Shown piece by piece: positions 17,343 to 27,592 of a stretch of DNA of 32,000 nucleotides. The DNA lies in the NCBI RefSeq assembly GCF_000012465.1, contig NC_007335.2:270001-302000 (forward strand), given 5' to 3'. The notes below the pieces were generated by a model. The model was not told the origin of the DNA. It saw only the letters and a program-made list of their open reading frames with translations, and did no database searches. A program made the translations under genes and the position numbers. Every line of letters begins with the position of its first letter. Positions within the stretch are counted from its first letter, which is position 1. This DNA comes from Prochlorococcus marinus str. NATL2A. Its GTDB lineage: Bacteria; Cyanobacteriota; Cyanobacteriia; PCC-6307; Cyanobiaceae.

Positions 17343-19340
17343 TTGGCGGCGAAGAAAAAATATCTATTGGCTTTAAACCTTGGACTTCTGGGGTTTGGCC
17401 TATTGTTGTCTTTATTTGAGACTTCTAAAGGAAAGGAGCATTTTCTCGGAAAATCATTTAATCCTAAACACTACATTTTTTCTGTTGGTAATTTAGAAGA
17501 AAATGATAAAAGATTATCCTCAAGAAAATTAGAACAGAATGAAGTTACATCTTTAACTCTTAAAATATTTGCTGATAAGCAATATGATTATGATCAAAAT
17601 ATTTATCTAGCAGAGGGGAATGTCAAGGCTCTAATAAATGGAGGAATCTTAAGATCTGACTTGTTAAGTTATAATAAATCAACCGGTATCTTGTCCGCTG
17701 AGGGTAATATTAGATTCAGAAAGGGAGGGCAATATTTTAGAGCTAAAGAATTCAAGTTTAATTTATTAAAGAAAGAAGGTAGTATTAAAGATGCATATGG
17801 GATATTAGATTTAAAAAATGTAGTAAATGATTTGAAAATTGATGCTATTTCAAATCAGGCTAAAGCTCTAAAGAGCACTAATGATAAAGAAATAAATACT
17901 TACGATGATGGAATAGAATTTTCTTTTGGAAATATTAAATTACCAGATAATAAAATCACAAGATCTAATAAATCTATTGGTTTAATTAATAACTGGAGAT
18001 TTAAATCTAATTCAATCAGTATTGAGGAAAATGGCTGGAAATCCAACAGGATTGTTTTTACTAATGATCCATTAGATCCTAATCAAATTTCTTTTGAGGG
18101 GATAGATGTTATCGCAGAAGAAGAAGAAGATGGTAGATTACTTATTACTAGTTCTAAAACTAATTTAATTCTTGAGAACAGATCAAAAATTTTTATAGGA
18201 AAAAGAATATTTGGAGAAAAGAAGAAAAAGAGAAGTAAATTTCAATTGATATTAGATGGTAAAGATCGTGACGGATTAGTCTTAGTAAGAAATAGTAATG
18301 CTACGAATATTACTGATAATATAAAACTTGAACTTCAACCTCAGTTTTTAATTAATAGAGCTATTTTAGGTAAAACTAATAGTTATAAAAATAGCAAAGA
18401 TAAAAATATTAACCTTTCTGATTTATTTGGTTTAAATATAAATCTGAATGCAAATAATTCCAATTGGAGTTTCGATAGTTTAAATGATTTAAGTACATTG
18501 AATACCTCCAGATTATTCAATGGATTAAGGCATTCAAGCTCTTTTAGGATACCTGTTTTAGAAGAATCAACTTTCAATATTTTTACTGCTTATAGATCGA
18601 GAGCTTGGAATGGAACAATTGGTGAGACTGAGATTAAATCTGCATTTGGAGGCTTTATCGAAAAGTCGCAGTATTTTACGACTGGCAGTTTAAAGAATAA
18701 CTTAAATATTCGGATAGGAACAGGCAGATATGAAGCAGAAAAATTTGAAAATAGTGAAATGATTAGCCTTTGGCGCTCTAGTATCTTTTCTTCTTTAGAT
18801 AGTGAATATCAAATATGGAAAAGTAATAAAAAAAATCTTTATAAAAATTATTTAACACCTTTATCCCCTGTTTTAATTGACTCTGAATTAGTCTTAAAAA
18901 CTAATATTGTTTCAGCTTATTTTAACTATTTGAATGACAGTGATCAAGGCTTTCTTAAACTTACTATTGGTCCTGAAATTAGACTTGGTAATTTAGAGAG
19001 AGATTATTTTGATTATACAAAACTTTCGGTTATGCCAGGTGTGAAAATTAAATCTGGAAATAGTCCATTTAAGTTTGATAACGCAATAGATTTGAAAACA
19101 ATAAATATAAGTTTAATGCAACAAATATATGGACCTTTAATGCTTGATATTATTTCTAATTTAAATATTGATAGTAGTTCCAAAAACTATGGAGAATATT
19201 ACGATACAAAGTTAGGGCTCTTATGGCATAAAAGAGCATACGAATGTGGAATTTACTATCATCCTAATAATGAAGCAGGAGGCTTATTTTTTCGTATAAA
19301 TGGATTTAAATTTGCTAATTCTACTAAAGCAGTATTTTAG
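17343..19340 (+). CDS. Putative outer-membrane protein with OstA/LptD-like N-terminal domain
   Basis: 665 aa. N-terminal signal/anchor (LLALNLGLLGFGLLLSLF). OstA-like segment (IYLAEGNVKALINGGILRSDLLSYNKSTGILSAEGNIRF). Asn/Ser-rich beta-strand-like C-terminal half ending in Phe (KAVF), typical of OMP barrels. TTG start. Confidence 0.6.
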   Translation: MAAKKKYLLALNLGLLGFGLLLSLFETSKGKEHFLGKSFNPKHYIFSVGNLEENDKRLSSRKLEQNEVTSLTLKIFADKQYDYDQNIYLAEGNVKALINGGILRSDLLSYNKSTGILSAEGNIRFRKGGQYFRAKEFKFNLLKKEGSIKDAYGILDLKNVVNDLKIDAISNQAKALKSTNDKEINTYDDGIEFSFGNIKLPDNKITRSNKSIGLINNWRFKSNSISIEENGWKSNRIVFTNDPLDPNQISFEGIDVIAEEEEDGRLLITSSKTNLILENRSKIFIGKRIFGEKKKKRSKFQLILDGKDRDGLVLVRNSNATNITDNIKLELQPQFLINRAILGKTNSYKNSKDKNINLSDLFGLNINLNANNSNWSFDSLNDLSTLNTSRLFNGLRHSSSFRIPVLEESTFNIFTAYRSRAWNGTIGETEIKSAFGGFIEKSQYFTTGSLKNNLNIRIGTGRYEAEKFENSEMISLWRSSIFSSLDSEYQIWKSNKKNLYKNYLTPLSPVLIDSELVLKTNIVSAYFNYLNDSDQGFLKLTIGPEIRLGNLERDYFDYTKLSVMPGVKIKSGNSPFKFDNAIDLKTINISLMQQIYGPLMLDIISNLNIDSSSKNYGEYYDTKLGLLWHKRAYECGIYYHPNNEAGGLFFRINGFKFANSTKAVF

Positions 19341-19957
19341 ATCTGTTGTTTAAAATTATTCAGATAAGGTAAGTTATTAAATGTTTTATTTATTTTTTCT
19401 TCTTCATCTAGTAATTGAGATGTAGCATCCCATTTCCCTGAATAAAGCATATTGTGTGGTCCTTCATCAAGAATAAGTTTGACAGTTTCTTTTTGATTAG
19501 AAATGGATAGGTTTTTAAGATTGCAATCCCAGATTTGGTTGTTATTTTTTTCAACTAGGTTTTGCAAGTTAACTATTTCTTCTTTTGAGGCTGTTAGGCA
19601 AGGTATCCCGAGAGCAAGGCAATTCCCAAAGAAGATTTCAGCAAAGCTTTCCCCAATAATTAATCTTATCCCCCATCTCATCAGAGCCTGAGGTGCATGC
19701 TCTCGACTTGAACCACAGCCAAAATTGTCATTGACAACAAGAATATTTGCCCCTTTATTTTGATCAAGATCAAATGGGTGATTACCCTTTAGTTCTTTTC
19801 TATCATCCGCAAAGACTTGTTCTCCTAAAGCTGAAAAACTTACACATTTGAGAAATCTCGCAGGAATTATTCTGTCTGTATCAATATCATCGCCTTTCAT
19901 TGTAAAACTGCGGCCTTGTATTGATTTGATTTCACCTTTTGGGAACTTTTGATTCAT
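19337..19957 (-). CDS. leuD: 3-isopropylmalate dehydratase small subunit
   Basis: 206 aa. DDIDTDRIIPARFL and NFGCGSSREHAPQAL motifs. Confidence 0.94.
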   Translation of the reverse strand: MNQKFPKGEIKSIQGRSFTMKGDDIDTDRIIPARFLKCVSFSALGEQVFADDRKELKGNHPFDLDQNKGANILVVNDNFGCGSSREHAPQALMRWGIRLIIGESFAEIFFGNCLALGIPCLTASKEEIVNLQNLVEKNNNQIWDCNLKNLSISNQKETVKLILDEGPHNMLYSGKWDATSQLLDEEEKINKTFNNLPYLNNFKQQI

Positions 19958-19981
19958 CTTTCAATAAGTTTATTTTTAGGT

Positions 19982-21391
19982 TTACTCTTTCAGGAACTTT
20001 CTTACATCTGTAACCTTCCCATTTATTGCAGCAGCAGCAACCATAGCGGGGCTCATTAACAAGGTTCTCCCATTTGCAGAGCCTTGTCTTCCTTTGAAAT
20101 TTCTATTACTTGAACTAGCGCTTATTTGTCTGCCTTCTAGTTTATCTGGGTTCATGGCGAGACACATTGAACAACCTGGTTCTCGCCATTCAAAACCTGC
20201 TTTAAGAAATATTTTATCTAATCCTTTTTCTTTTGCCTCCTTGGCGACCTTTTGAGAACCAGGAACGACAAATGCTCTAATCCCATCAGCGACTGTATTA
20301 CCTTTAACAATTTTAGATGCCTCTTCGAGATCACTTAATCTTCCATTGGTACAGCTCCCAATAAAGCAAACATCAATTGATTGTCCCTCTATGGGTTCGT
20401 CTGGTTTTAGATTCATGTATTTACAAGCGTCTTTAGCGATTTGTTGCTCATTTTTGGGAAGAAACTCAGGGTTTGGAATTGTTTCTTTGATTGAAATTCC
20501 TTGCCCAGGAGTTATACCCCAAGTAACAGTGGGTTCGATTGATGATCCATCTAATTGAATCTCATCATCGAATGTTGCTTTTGAATCACTAGCTAAACTT
20601 TTCCACCAAGAAATAGCCTTATCCCATTCTTGACCTTTGGGCGCGTGTTCTTTCCCTTTTATATATTTGAAAGTGGTTTCATCTGGGTTGATATAACCGC
20701 ATCTTGCACCACCTTCAATAGCCATATTGCATATGGTCATTCGTCCCTCCATTGAGAGTTTTTCTATTGCAGGCCCAGCAAATTCATATGCAAATCCCAC
20801 ACCTCCTTTAACTCCAAGATGACGAATGATATGAAGAATTAGGTCTTTTGCATAGACTCCCTTTTGCAATTCACCCTCTACCCATATTCTTCTTACTTTT
20901 AATTTATTCATTGCCAAGCTTTGACTGGCTAAAACATCTCGCACTTGACTGGTTCCAATACCAAAGGCAATTGCTCCAAATGCTCCATGGGTTGAGGTAT
21001 GTGAATCTCCGCAAGCTACTGTCATTCCAGGCTGGGTTAATCCTAATTCTGGAGCCATAACATGAACTACTCCTTGCGAATTACTTCCAATTCCGTGAAA
21101 TTTTATCCCATGAGTTTTGCAGTTTTTTTCTAAAGTAGCCAACATTTCCTCTGCAAGAGGATCACTAAAAGGACGTTGCTGGTTTGAGGTCGGAACTATA
21201 TGGTCAACTGTTGCGACAGTAAGATTGGGAAACTTTACTCCAAGTTTTTTTTCATTCAGTGCAGAGAAAGCCTGAGGACTTGTGACTTCGTGAATTAAAT
21301 GAAGACCAATAAAAAGTTGAGTCGATCCTCCAGGTAATTCTTTTACCTGATGGAAGTTCCAAACTTTGTCGTAGAGGGTTCTAGAACTCAA
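19982..21391 (-). CDS. leuC: 3-isopropylmalate dehydratase large subunit
   Basis: 469 aa. [28 protein letters not shown] and [10 protein letters not shown] (Fe-S cluster cysteines of the aconitase family). Confidence 0.96.
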   Translation of the reverse strand: MSSRTLYDKVWNFHQVKELPGGSTQLFIGLHLIHEVTSPQAFSALNEKKLGVKFPNLTVATVDHIVPTSNQQRPFSDPLAEEMLATLEKNCKTHGIKFHGIGSNSQGVVHVMAPELGLTQPGMTVACGDSHTSTHGAFGAIAFGIGTSQVRDVLASQSLAMNKLKVRRIWVEGELQKGVYAKDLILHIIRHLGVKGGVGFAYEFAGPAIEKLSMEGRMTICNMAIEGGARCGYINPDETTFKYIKGKEHAPKGQEWDKAISWWKSLASDSKATFDDEIQLDGSSIEPTVTWGITPGQGISIKETIPNPEFLPKNEQQIAKDACKYMNLKPDEPIEGQSIDVCFIGSCTNGRLSDLEEASKIVKGNTVADGIRAFVVPGSQKVAKEAKEKGLDKIFLKAGFEWREPGCSMCLAMNPDKLEGRQISASSSNRNFKGRQGSANGRTLLMSPAMVAAAAINGKVTDVRKFLKE

Positions 21392-21414
21392 CTTTCAAAT
21401 CCAATGATGAGGAC

Positions 21415-22707
21415 TTAATTTGCCATGATTATAGATAAACGTAATCTATCAAGAGCATTTAAAACGCTTAATTTTTGAATATCTTCTCTTGTCTTATTAG
21501 ATCCAAAATTTTCTTCCCATGTAATAAGGGTTTTTGGACCCTTAATACAAAAATTGACTAGACCAACTGGCTTTGATTTGCTTCCTCCGGTGGGTCCTGC
21601 AATTCCACTGACAGAGATAGCCCAGTTAACTTTGAATTTTATTTGGACGCCTCTCGCCATTGATTCGACAACTTGCTTTGAGACTGCACCATGGGTATTA
21701 ATTATTTCCTCAGGAACCCCTAGTAATCTCTGTTTAATTGAATTGTTATATGCGATGACGCCTCCATGGAAAATTTGTGAAGATCCAGGGATTTTTGTAA
21801 GTTTAGAACCTATTCCGCCTCCAGTACATGATTCTGCAACAGCAATAGTTTCTTTTCTTTTCAGTAATAATTTAAATACAATTTCTTCAAGAGTTTCATT
21901 GTCTAGACCAAAGCATTTTAATCCAGTGATTTGAGTTAATTCTTTTTTAATAGGTTCTATCAATCTATTGGTTTTTTCCGAACTCTTTCCCCTGGCTGTG
22001 ATTCTTACCTTTACTGAGCCAGTGCTTGCATAAGTTGCAACAGTTGGATTTTTTGATATAAGTAAATGTTGGATTTTGTCTGCAAGCAATGATTCAGTTA
22101 TACCCGCAAAATGTAAAACTTTGCTAGAGATAACTTCTTTTGATAAATTATTACTAATTAATAATTTTGATGCTTCTTTAGCCCACATTTCTTTTAATTC
22201 GCTCGGGACTCCAGGGAAAGTAAGTATTGTAAAATTTTCCTTTGGGCTCCAAAAAATACCAGGGGCTGTGCCTGAGTAATTGTTTATGATTTTAGCCCCT
22301 TTTGGGACTAATGATTGCTTCTTTTGGCTTTCGGATAATTTACTAACTTTATCTTTTGACTTGTTTCTCAAGTCAATCAATATATCATTTCTTTGTTCTA
22401 GAGGTGTTTTAAAAGTATCAGCAATCACCTTCGTTTTTATATCATCTGGAGTTGGTCCAAGCCCACCAGTTGTTATTAGAATTTCAGATCTATTAGATGC
22501 TTCAAGTATTGCTTCTTCTAATCTGGCAGGGTTATCTCCAATAACGGTTTGTCTGAAATGTGGTATTCCTAAAATTGCTAATTGCGCTGCAATCCATTGA
22601 GAATTTGTATTTACAATATTTCCTAGAAGTATTTCACTTCCAATGCATAAAATCTCTGCTCCAAATTTATTTTTTTTGTTAATAGTAATTTCTTTAGATG
22701 TTTTCAC
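21415..22707 (-). CDS. cinA: CinA-family protein (MoCF-like domain plus nicotinamide-nucleotide amidohydrolase PncC domain)
   Basis: [22 protein letters not shown] at the N-terminus. C-terminal [16 protein letters not shown] and [10 protein letters not shown]. The GTG start overlaps the glyA 3' end by 14 nt. Confidence 0.88.
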   Translation of the reverse strand: MKTSKEITINKKNKFGAEILCIGSEILLGNIVNTNSQWIAAQLAILGIPHFRQTVIGDNPARLEEAILEASNRSEILITTGGLGPTPDDIKTKVIADTFKTPLEQRNDILIDLRNKSKDKVSKLSESQKKQSLVPKGAKIINNYSGTAPGIFWSPKENFTILTFPGVPSELKEMWAKEASKLLISNNLSKEVISSKVLHFAGITESLLADKIQHLLISKNPTVATYASTGSVKVRITARGKSSEKTNRLIEPIKKELTQITGLKCFGLDNETLEEIVFKLLLKRKETIAVAESCTGGGIGSKLTKIPGSSQIFHGGVIAYNNSIKQRLLGVPEEIINTHGAVSKQVVESMARGVQIKFKVNWAISVSGIAGPTGGSKSKPVGLVNFCIKGPKTLITWEENFGSNKTREDIQKLSVLNALDRLRLSIIMAN

Positions 22708-23950
22708 TATATAAAGGAAACTTATTGCAAAGTTCAGATACTTTATTGATTGACTTTTCCTTTATATCTTCATCATTAGGGTTAAGTAGTCTATCTGCAA
22801 TGACATTACCAACATCTCCAAAGGCTTGTTCATTAAAACCTCTAGTCGTAAGGGCTGCTGAACCTAGCCTTAGCCCACTAGTAACAAATGGGGACTCTGG
22901 GTCAAAAGGTACAGTGTTTTTGTTCGCGGTTATTTTAATATCACTTACTAATTGATCAGCAACTTTACCTGTCATACCAATGCTTCTAAGGTCAAGAAGA
23001 ACTATATGATTGTCAGTTCCTTTGCTTACAATTGAAATTCCTCTTTTTTGAAGTTGATTAGAAAGAACTTTTGCATTTGAGATTACTTTTTGGCTATAGA
23101 TCTTGAATTCGGGTGCAGAAGCTTCTTTGAATGCAACAGCCTTGGCTGCGATTACATGTTCTAAAGGACCTCCTTGGGTGCCAGGAAATACTGCTTTATC
23201 AAGCTTTTTTCCTATCTCCTTATCTTTTGAGAGGATTAGTCCACCCCTTGGCCCTCTAAGAGTTTTGTGAGTAGTTGTTGTAACTACATCACAATATGGG
23301 ATTGGACTTGGGTGAAGTCCACTTGCCACTAAACCAGCAATATGAGCAATATCAGCTAATAAATAAGCATTTACCTCATCAGCTATTGATCTGAAAGCTT
23401 TGAAGTCAATTTTTCGTGGATAGGCAGAGAATCCACAGATAATTAATTTAGGTTGATTTTCAATTGCTTTTTTTCTTATTGCATCCATATCGAGCATTTC
23501 AGTCTTTTTATCAACTTCGTAATGGCAAGTTTTAAACCATTTGCCGCTTACATTTACAGGTGAACCATGCGTGAGGTGTCCTCCATGAGATAAGTCCATT
23601 CCCATGATTGTGTCCCCTGGCTTTAGAAGGCTAAGGAAAACTGCAAAGTTAGCTTGAGCTCCGCTGTGTGGTTGGACGTTTGCCCAGTTGGCACCAAAAA
23701 GGTTTTTTGCTCTATCTATTGCTAGTTGCTCAACTCCGTCTACATACTCACATCCTCCGTAATAACGTTTGTTAGGGAGACCTTCAGCATATTTATTTGT
23801 TAGGACTGATCCTTGGGCTTCCATTACGGCCTTAGAAGCAAAATTCTCGCTTGCGATAAGCTCTAAATGAGTTTCTTGTCTTGATAATTCATTGTTTATT
23901 AATTTCGCAATACTTGGATCACATTTCATCAAAGAAGATTCAATAGTCAC
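22694..23950 (-). CDS. glyA: Serine hydroxymethyltransferase
   Basis: LELIASENF, and the PLP-lysine motif [14 protein letters not shown]. The start is GTG 23950 or the ATG at 23929. Confidence 0.97.
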   Translation of the reverse strand: MTIESSLMKCDPSIAKLINNELSRQETHLELIASENFASKAVMEAQGSVLTNKYAEGLPNKRYYGGCEYVDGVEQLAIDRAKNLFGANWANVQPHSGAQANFAVFLSLLKPGDTIMGMDLSHGGHLTHGSPVNVSGKWFKTCHYEVDKKTEMLDMDAIRKKAIENQPKLIICGFSAYPRKIDFKAFRSIADEVNAYLLADIAHIAGLVASGLHPSPIPYCDVVTTTTHKTLRGPRGGLILSKDKEIGKKLDKAVFPGTQGGPLEHVIAAKAVAFKEASAPEFKIYSQKVISNAKVLSNQLQKRGISIVSKGTDNHIVLLDLRSIGMTGKVADQLVSDIKITANKNTVPFDPESPFVTSGLRLGSAALTTRGFNEQAFGDVGNVIADRLLNPNDEDIKEKSINKVSELCNKFPLYSENI

Positions 23951-24053
23951 TTTATTCTTTTATTTATGATGTGATAGTAAGCATATGTTTAGTCCAATGA
24001 GAGAAAACTTTCTCTTATTTTCAGTTTATATATGGATTTACAAATTTTTTAAA

Positions 24054-24127
24054 CGCGCCTGGAGAGATTCGAACTCCCGACCCTCTGATCCGTAGTCAGA
24101 TGCTCTAATCCGCTGAGCTACAGGCGC
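24054..24127 (-). tRNA. tRNA-Arg (anticodon ACG)
   Basis: The reverse complement GCGCCTGTAGCTCAGCGGATTAGAGCATCTGACTACGGATCAGAGGGTCGGGAGTTCGAATCTCTCCAGGCGCG folds as a cloverleaf. Anticodon stem TCTGA/TCAGA, loop CTACGGA. CCA is not encoded. Confidence 0.9.
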
Positions 24128-24308
24128 ATGAAAAAACAATATCAGATTGTCTCCCAAAGAATAGAAAAATATGTTTGTATCTATGCCTTAAAAATTCATT
24201 GAAATAACATCGAGAAACTTAAAAAGTTGTTATTCCATTAATTTTTTTTATTTTAAGAAAGGAACCAATCTCTGCCTAAGGTCATTAACAATAGAAAAAA
24301 CTAGGTTT

Positions 24309-24605
24309 ATGTCCACTTCTATCGATTCATCGCAAATTAATGAGCTTGCGATGTCAATAGCTGACAGATTATTTATTCAAGTTGGAAATTGGAACCTTTA
24401 TCTAGGTGATGCGGGCCTTGCAAAGGACTTAGCTATTGAATGTCAGGCTAACTTTGATCAAGGTGCAAATGTTGCAGCTAGAAAAGGTCTTGAAGGAATT
24501 CAAGTGAAACTTGGCGGAGGTATCACGCGATTGCCGTTATCAAAATTAATTCCACCAAATCAATTCTTTGACCTTGAGGAGATTTTAGAACCCTATTGCA
24601 GATAA
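24309..24605 (+). CDS. Conserved hypothetical protein (98 aa, soluble)
   Basis: Clean ATG ORF with non-random composition in an AT-rich background. No motif I can name. Confidence 0.6.
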   Translation: MSTSIDSSQINELAMSIADRLFIQVGNWNLYLGDAGLAKDLAIECQANFDQGANVAARKGLEGIQVKLGGGITRLPLSKLIPPNQFFDLEEILEPYCR

Positions 24606-24630
24606 GATTTGATCAATTGCTTCTTTTTTC

Positions 24631-24894
24631 TTGCTAATCATTCAAGTGACTAATGCCAGAGAGGTTGTAAGGCAGCGAATTGGTCGATTAGGAGAGAGAC
24701 TTATAGGGAAAGTTGCTGATGCTGATGCACAGGTTGAAAAGGAACTAATGAAAGAGATGGAAATAGCTTTTCAAGAGTTTGGTATCGAAGCAAGAATTCT
24801 CTCAGTAAGTGGAGTAAAAACTGATGAAATGAATTGTTTGGAGATTCCACTTAAAGTTAGATCAGAAAAAGATGTTTTTCTTAAAGACGAATAA
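24631..24894 (+). CDS. Conserved hypothetical protein (about 80-87 aa)
   Basis: The ORF needs a non-ATG start (TTG 24631 or GTG 24646); the first ATG would leave only about 48 aa. The 3' end overlaps the murJ 3' end by 14 nt. Confidence 0.5.
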   Translation: MLIIQVTNAREVVRQRIGRLGERLIGKVADADAQVEKELMKEMEIAFQEFGIEARILSVSGVKTDEMNCLEIPLKVRSEKDVFLKDE

Positions 24895-26488
24895 ACTTCT
24901 CCTTTAAAAACTTATTTAAATTATCAATCTCATCAATTTTAAGAATAATTGCTAGACAATAAAAGATAATCAGACTAATTCCAGATGAAATTATTAATTT
25001 CAATAATAAATTGATAAAACTATAGGGTAAAAATATTATTTTAAAAATAAAAAATGAGCAAATACCAGAAATTAAACCAATTAGAATAATTCGTAGATTC
25101 TGAGCTAATAGATTAGGTAAATCTAGTTTATCTAATTTATGGTTTAATTTAAATAGTAAAAGTGTACAAGCGAAGAAGTTAACAAATGTAGTTGAAAAGA
25201 CTAATCCATTTACTCCTAAGTTTAGCGGTGATAGCTCCCCCCATGGACTTGAACCTCCTATGAAAAACCAGTCAAAAAATAAATTTAGTAATATTGCTAT
25301 GATTGATATTCTAAATGGTGTTTTTGCATCCTCTATACCATAAAAAACTCTCACCAATAGATCTCTACATAGATAAAAAGGCATTCCTATTCCATATGCA
25401 ATTAATAGTTGACTTACTACATCAACCGCATTTTGATTGAATGAACCTCTACCATAGATTAATATAACTATTGGAGTAGAAAGTGAAATAAATATCGACC
25501 CTAAAAACACCATAGAAGTCGAAGAAAGAATTAATCCCTGATGAATTTTTTTGATCAATTTTAAATGATTTTCTCGAGCTCTTAAACTTACAAAAACCGG
25601 TAATAATGGAATTAAAATAGTATTTGATACTATTCCAAGAGGTGCTTGAACTAAAAAGTTTGCGTAACTTAAGGCAGCTGCAGCACCTACTATTTTTGAT
25701 GCAAAGAATAAATCAGTAAAAACATTAATTTGTATCATCCCTGAAGAAAGTGATGCAGGGGCAATCATGCTCAAGGCCCTTTTTATTTCTGAATATTTTG
25801 TTTGTATTGAAAAACTTATCGCAAATATTCCTTTTTTAATTAGGAACGGTATTTGAATTAAATATTGAGATAGGGCACCTATAAATGTTGCCTTTGCTAA
25901 AATAATTCCTCCTCTCATATTCAGTGTATCTAGATCAGTCGTATTTCCTTTATTTATCCAAAAGTTTGATATTGAAATTATGATTATTAGACTTGAAATT
26001 AATGGAGATATAGAGGGAATGAAAAATTCTTTTTTAGCATTTAGTGATCCAAATCCAAGACCTATTAATCCAGATAGAAAGATTATTGGAGACATTATTT
26101 TTAATTGATAGGATGCTATTTCTTTTATTTCAGGGGTTAAACTCGGTCCAACTAAATTAATCAAAAAATCAGATGAAAAGAAAATAAATAAACTTATAAT
26201 TAATAGTATTATAGATAAAATATTATTGATTGAACTTATAAATAATCTACTCTCAACTTTATTTTTATCTGCCAATAGTGTAACCATTGAGTTATGTAAT
26301 GGACCATTAATACCCCCTAACAGGACTAAGAAAAAACCAGGTATAATATAAGCATAATTATATGCATCATATGCAGCATTAATTCCAAAAGCACCAGCAA
26401 TAACTAATTGCCTAGCCAACCCTCCAAATTTGCTCAATAAAGTTCCTAAACTTACGAAGAAAGCAATTTCTTTGATTGATTTCGACAT
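24881..26488 (-). CDS. murJ: Lipid II flippase MurJ (MviN)
   Basis: 535 aa, about 14 TM segments. N-terminus SLGTLLSKFGGLARQLVIAGAFG is typical of MviN/MurJ. Confidence 0.86.
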   Translation of the reverse strand: MSKSIKEIAFFVSLGTLLSKFGGLARQLVIAGAFGINAAYDAYNYAYIIPGFFLVLLGGINGPLHNSMVTLLADKNKVESRLFISSINNILSIILLIISLFIFFSSDFLINLVGPSLTPEIKEIASYQLKIMSPIIFLSGLIGLGFGSLNAKKEFFIPSISPLISSLIIIISISNFWINKGNTTDLDTLNMRGGIILAKATFIGALSQYLIQIPFLIKKGIFAISFSIQTKYSEIKRALSMIAPASLSSGMIQINVFTDLFFASKIVGAAAALSYANFLVQAPLGIVSNTILIPLLPVFVSLRARENHLKLIKKIHQGLILSSTSMVFLGSIFISLSTPIVILIYGRGSFNQNAVDVVSQLLIAYGIGMPFYLCRDLLVRVFYGIEDAKTPFRISIIAILLNLFFDWFFIGGSSPWGELSPLNLGVNGLVFSTTFVNFFACTLLLFKLNHKLDKLDLPNLLAQNLRIILIGLISGICSFFIFKIIFLPYSFINLLLKLIISSGISLIIFYCLAIILKIDEIDNLNKFLKEKFIRL

Positions 26489-26562
26489 GTTAAATTTGAA
26501 AAAAGAGAGCTTTCATTTCCTAAAACATTTTGTAGTTCTTGTTTTACTTGGATGTTAATTAA

Positions 26563-27339
26563 GTGATTGAAATTGGTGAAACCATTATTAAGTTTCCTCC
26601 TCTTAAAGAGGGAATATTGATTAAGAGATATAAGAGGTTTTTGGCCGATATTGAGTTGGATGATGGAGAGGTTGTTACAGCGCATTGTGCAAATACAGGA
26701 CCAATGAAAGGGGTTTTGTGGCCTGGGCGGAGAGTCAGACTCAAGTATTCTCCTTCACCTAAACGTAAATTAGATTGGTCTTGGGAGCAAGCTGAGGTTC
26801 CTAGTCACAATGAGAACAAGAAATGCTGGGTTGGTATTAATACATCTTTGCCTAATAAGTTGATTAAACATTTAATTGAAGCAAATTGTTTAGAGAGGCA
26901 ATTTGGTCAAATTTCAAGCATTAAGCCTGAAGTTGTTTATGGTTTAGAAAGAAAAAGTAGAATTGATCTATTGCTTTATCCAAGCATTCAGAATGAAGAT
27001 AGTAGAAAGATTTTTGTCGAGGTTAAAAATACAACTTGGTGTGAAGATTCTTTAGCATTGTTCCCAGATACAGTAACGACTAGAGGTCAAAAACATTTAA
27101 AAGAATTAATGAGTGTTTATCCAGATTCTCGAGCAGTGCTAATTCCTTGTATTAGTAGAAGCGATATAGAACTTTTTGCACCTGGTGAAATAGCAGATCC
27201 TGAGTATGGGAGGTTGTTTAGAGAGGCATTAACTAAGGGTGTTGAAGTGATTCCATGCGCATTTGGTTTCTTTATAGATCACATCACTTGGGAAGGTATT
27301 AGACCTTTTCAGAAGTCGAGAGAAAATAAACAATTTTAA
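26563..27339 (+). CDS. sfsA: Sugar fermentation stimulation protein homologue SfsA
   Basis: LIKRYKRFLADIEL, AHCANTGPM, VEVKNTT and FPDTVTTRGQKHL match SfsA. GTG start. Confidence 0.9.
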   Translation: MIEIGETIIKFPPLKEGILIKRYKRFLADIELDDGEVVTAHCANTGPMKGVLWPGRRVRLKYSPSPKRKLDWSWEQAEVPSHNENKKCWVGINTSLPNKLIKHLIEANCLERQFGQISSIKPEVVYGLERKSRIDLLLYPSIQNEDSRKIFVEVKNTTWCEDSLALFPDTVTTRGQKHLKELMSVYPDSRAVLIPCISRSDIELFAPGEIADPEYGRLFREALTKGVEVIPCAFGFFIDHITWEGIRPFQKSRENKQF

Positions 27340-27489
27340 CATAAATCACAGGTGTATATAGTTTAGCTATTTTAACTAGTCCTTGCTTTTGATTGGACTA
27401 TTTCAACTCTGTGTAGGATTTGTAAATTCAATTAATTGAGTTGATAAATGTGTAAATAAGAACATATTTTCAAGACCAAACTCTTTTTT

Positions 27490-27503
27490 GTATCAACACT
27501 TAC
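27490..27503. promoter_or_regulatory. Candidate NtcA binding site (TGTA-N8-TACA) upstream of amt1
   Basis: tGTAtcaacactTACa lies 90 nt upstream of the amt1 ATG. TA-rich -10 candidates follow (TACATA 27525-27530, TAATAT 27533-27538), but none has both the ideal sequence and the ideal 22-nt spacing. Confidence 0.6.
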
Positions 27504-27592
27504 ATCTTGTAAGTATATGTTGCATACATATTTAATATTGTATAAATTTTGGATTAACTATCCATTTCTTTTTCTCGAAGTAAGCATCATTT

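Noticed and set aside
21554-22600. Plus-strand ORFs of 126, 67 and 106 aa inside cinA. Similar antisense or alternative-frame ORFs occur inside coaBC (166-348, 685-921), ileS (6156-6368, 7179-7538, 8573-8761), the 8936-9559 membrane gene (9412-9597), cobO (12425-12727), the LptD-like gene (18383-18577), leuD (19503-19691), leuC (20346-20558, 20848-21060), glyA (22698-22955), ispH (29416-29622), DoxX (30707-30892) and purH (31251-31436).
   Set aside because: All lie within strongly supported genes on the other strand or frame, and none shows a recognisable motif. They are shadow ORFs.
24128-24202. 24-codon ORF (MKKQYQIVSQRIEKYVCIYALKIH) starting at the 5' edge of tRNA-Arg on the opposite strand.
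   Set aside because: It is too short, has no recognisable family, and its start overlaps the 5' end of the tRNA gene. It is treated as chance.
26452-26744. Two minus-strand ORFs (77 and 61 aa) spanning the murJ-sfsA divergent spacer and the sfsA 5' end.
   Set aside because: They overlap the well-supported sfsA N-terminus (KRYKRFLADIEL) and the murJ start. Their composition is low-complexity.
27340-27592. I looked for a glutamine (glnA-type) riboswitch or another structured leader upstream of amt1. I also noted a 57-codon ORF (27517-27690) overlapping the amt1 start.
   Set aside because: I could find no conserved riboswitch core sequence or multi-stem structure. The ORF is out of frame with amt1, Tyr/Phe/Ile-rich, and continues into the amt1 coding region, so it is most likely spurious.
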